Shown here piece by piece: positions 53,175 through 53,914 of a stretch of DNA of 53,914 nt. The translations under genes were made by a program, and so were the position numbers. The notes beneath the pieces are model-generated. The model was given only the letters and a program-made list of their open reading frames with translations. It was not told the origin of the DNA and searched no databases. The stretch's first letter is position 1; the number at the start of each line of letters is the position of its first letter. The stretch spans positions 1-53,914 of the forward strand of contig MEQQ01000084.1 in assembly GCA_001770285.1 (NCBI GenBank). The letters run 5' to 3'. The DNA comes from Betaproteobacteria bacterium RBG_16_66_20 (GTDB lineage Bacteria; Pseudomonadota; Gammaproteobacteria; Burkholderiales; SG8-39).

Positions 53175-53914
53175 GTGATCACGTATGAGTACCCGCTCAA
53201 CGAGCGCATCCGGACCTTGCTGCGCTTGGAGGACCTGTTCGAGCGCTCGCGGCATTTCATCGCGCGCACGGATCCGCTCGATCATCATGTCGCGCTGCTG
53301 ACGCTGTTCGAAATCCTCGAGGTGGCCGGGCGCGCCGATCTGAAATCCGACCTGCTGCAGGAACTCGAGCGCCAGAAGCAGGTGCTGATTTCCTTCCGCA
53401 ACAACCCCGACATATCCGAGGAAGCGCTTTCCGGCGTGCTGCGCGACATCGAGCAGGCCGCCGCCGCGCTGTTTTCCATGACCGGCCGGATCGGGCAGTA
53501 CCTGCGCGAGAACGAGTGGCTGATGTCGATCAAGCAGCGCACCGGGATTCCCGGCGGCGCCTGCGAGTTCGACCTGCCTTCCTACCACTACTGGCTGCAC
53601 CGGCCGGCCGAGGAGCGGATCGGCCAGCTCGCGGCCTGGACCAGCCCGCTGTACCCGCTGCGCGACGGCACCGCGATCATCCTGCGCATCCTGCGCGAGT
53701 CCGGCAAGCCGCAGAGCCTCACCGCGCCGCTCGGCACGTTCCAGCAGATGCTCGGCGGCAAGACCGCGCAGATGCTGCGCGTGCGCCTGGAACCGGGGCT
53801 GCCCTGCGTGCCCGAAATCAGCGCCAACAAATACGTCCTCAACATCCGCTTCCTGGCGCAGAACGGCGAGGAAACCCGCGCCAAGACCGCCGACTGGGAC
53901 GTCGGCTTCGAACT
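53175..53914 (+). CDS. zapD: Cell division protein ZapD, 3'-truncated by the window edge
   Basis: It is not in the ORF track because it runs off the window. My translation from the GTG at 53175 reads VITYEYPLNERIRTLLRLEDLFER...LLTLFEILEVAGRADLKSDLLQELERQKQ...WLMSIKQRTGIPGG, which parallels the E. coli ZapD N-terminus (..LFEHPLNEKMRTWLRIE..). Confidence 0.85.
   Translation, partial: MITYEYPLNERIRTLLRLEDLFERSRHFIARTDPLDHHVALLTLFEILEVAGRADLKSDLLQELERQKQVLISFRNNPDISEEALSGVLRDIEQAAAALFSMTGRIGQYLRENEWLMSIKQRTGIPGGACEFDLPSYHYWLHRPAEERIGQLAAWTSPLYPLRDGTAIILRILRESGKPQSLTAPLGTFQQMLGGKTAQMLRVRLEPGLPCVPEISANKYVLNIRFLAQNGEETRAKTADWDVGFE

Overview
This is a high-GC (about 65-70% by eye, not computed), densely packed proteobacterial chromosomal segment whose gene order looks beta/gamma-proteobacterial. 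Most genes are housekeeping genes on the minus strand. In window order they are: hppA (partial)-adk-kdsB-ycaR-lpxK-exbD-exbB; xseA with a hypoxanthine-DNA-glycosylase-like gene and DUF1304; a PduO-type adenosyltransferase; HAD, response regulator and RidA genes; tctBA; and an SGNH lipoprotein. Next comes a tightly coupled seven-gene minus-strand envelope/glycoconjugate-type cluster (TauE, GT39/ArnT-like, UbiA-family phosphoribosyltransferase-like, cNMP-binding protein, TVP38/DedA-FAD disulfide reductase fusion, GT2, DUF2064). After that: DAHP synthase; a Lon-like AAA+ ATPase; alaS; a TMTC-like TPR membrane protein; recX-recA; a SulP-STAS-cNMP transporter; an MFS gene with the AmmeMemoRadiSam system (fused B-A plus radical SAM); pncC-pgpA-thiL-nusB-ribH-ribBA; rplS-trmD-rimM-rpsP; ffh; ypjD; corC; pilC-pilD-coaE-zapD (partial). 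I found no rRNA, tRNA, CRISPR array, transposase or integrase. The observations most worth a second look are these. (1) A markedly lower-GC two-gene cassette, a DUF5131/Gp37-Gp68 three-Cys protein plus its TcmP partner, sits 18 nt after the recX stop between recA-recX and alaS. Its function is unknown and it could be read through from the SOS-regulated recA operon. (2) A textbook-quality Phe/Tyr-rich leader peptide (MSRRFFGYFFYFPRPLAEGNG) with terminator and antiterminator lies directly upstream of the DAHP synthase. (3) An AmmeMemoRadiSam locus has fused Memo-AMMECR1 and a translationally coupled MFS transporter. (4) The UbiA/GT-C/GT2/DUF2064/DedA-oxidoreductase cluster. (5) A trio (plus a fourth) of DnaA boxes lies in the exbB-xseA intergenic region. 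All family assignments come from reading the translations and need HMM/BLAST confirmation.
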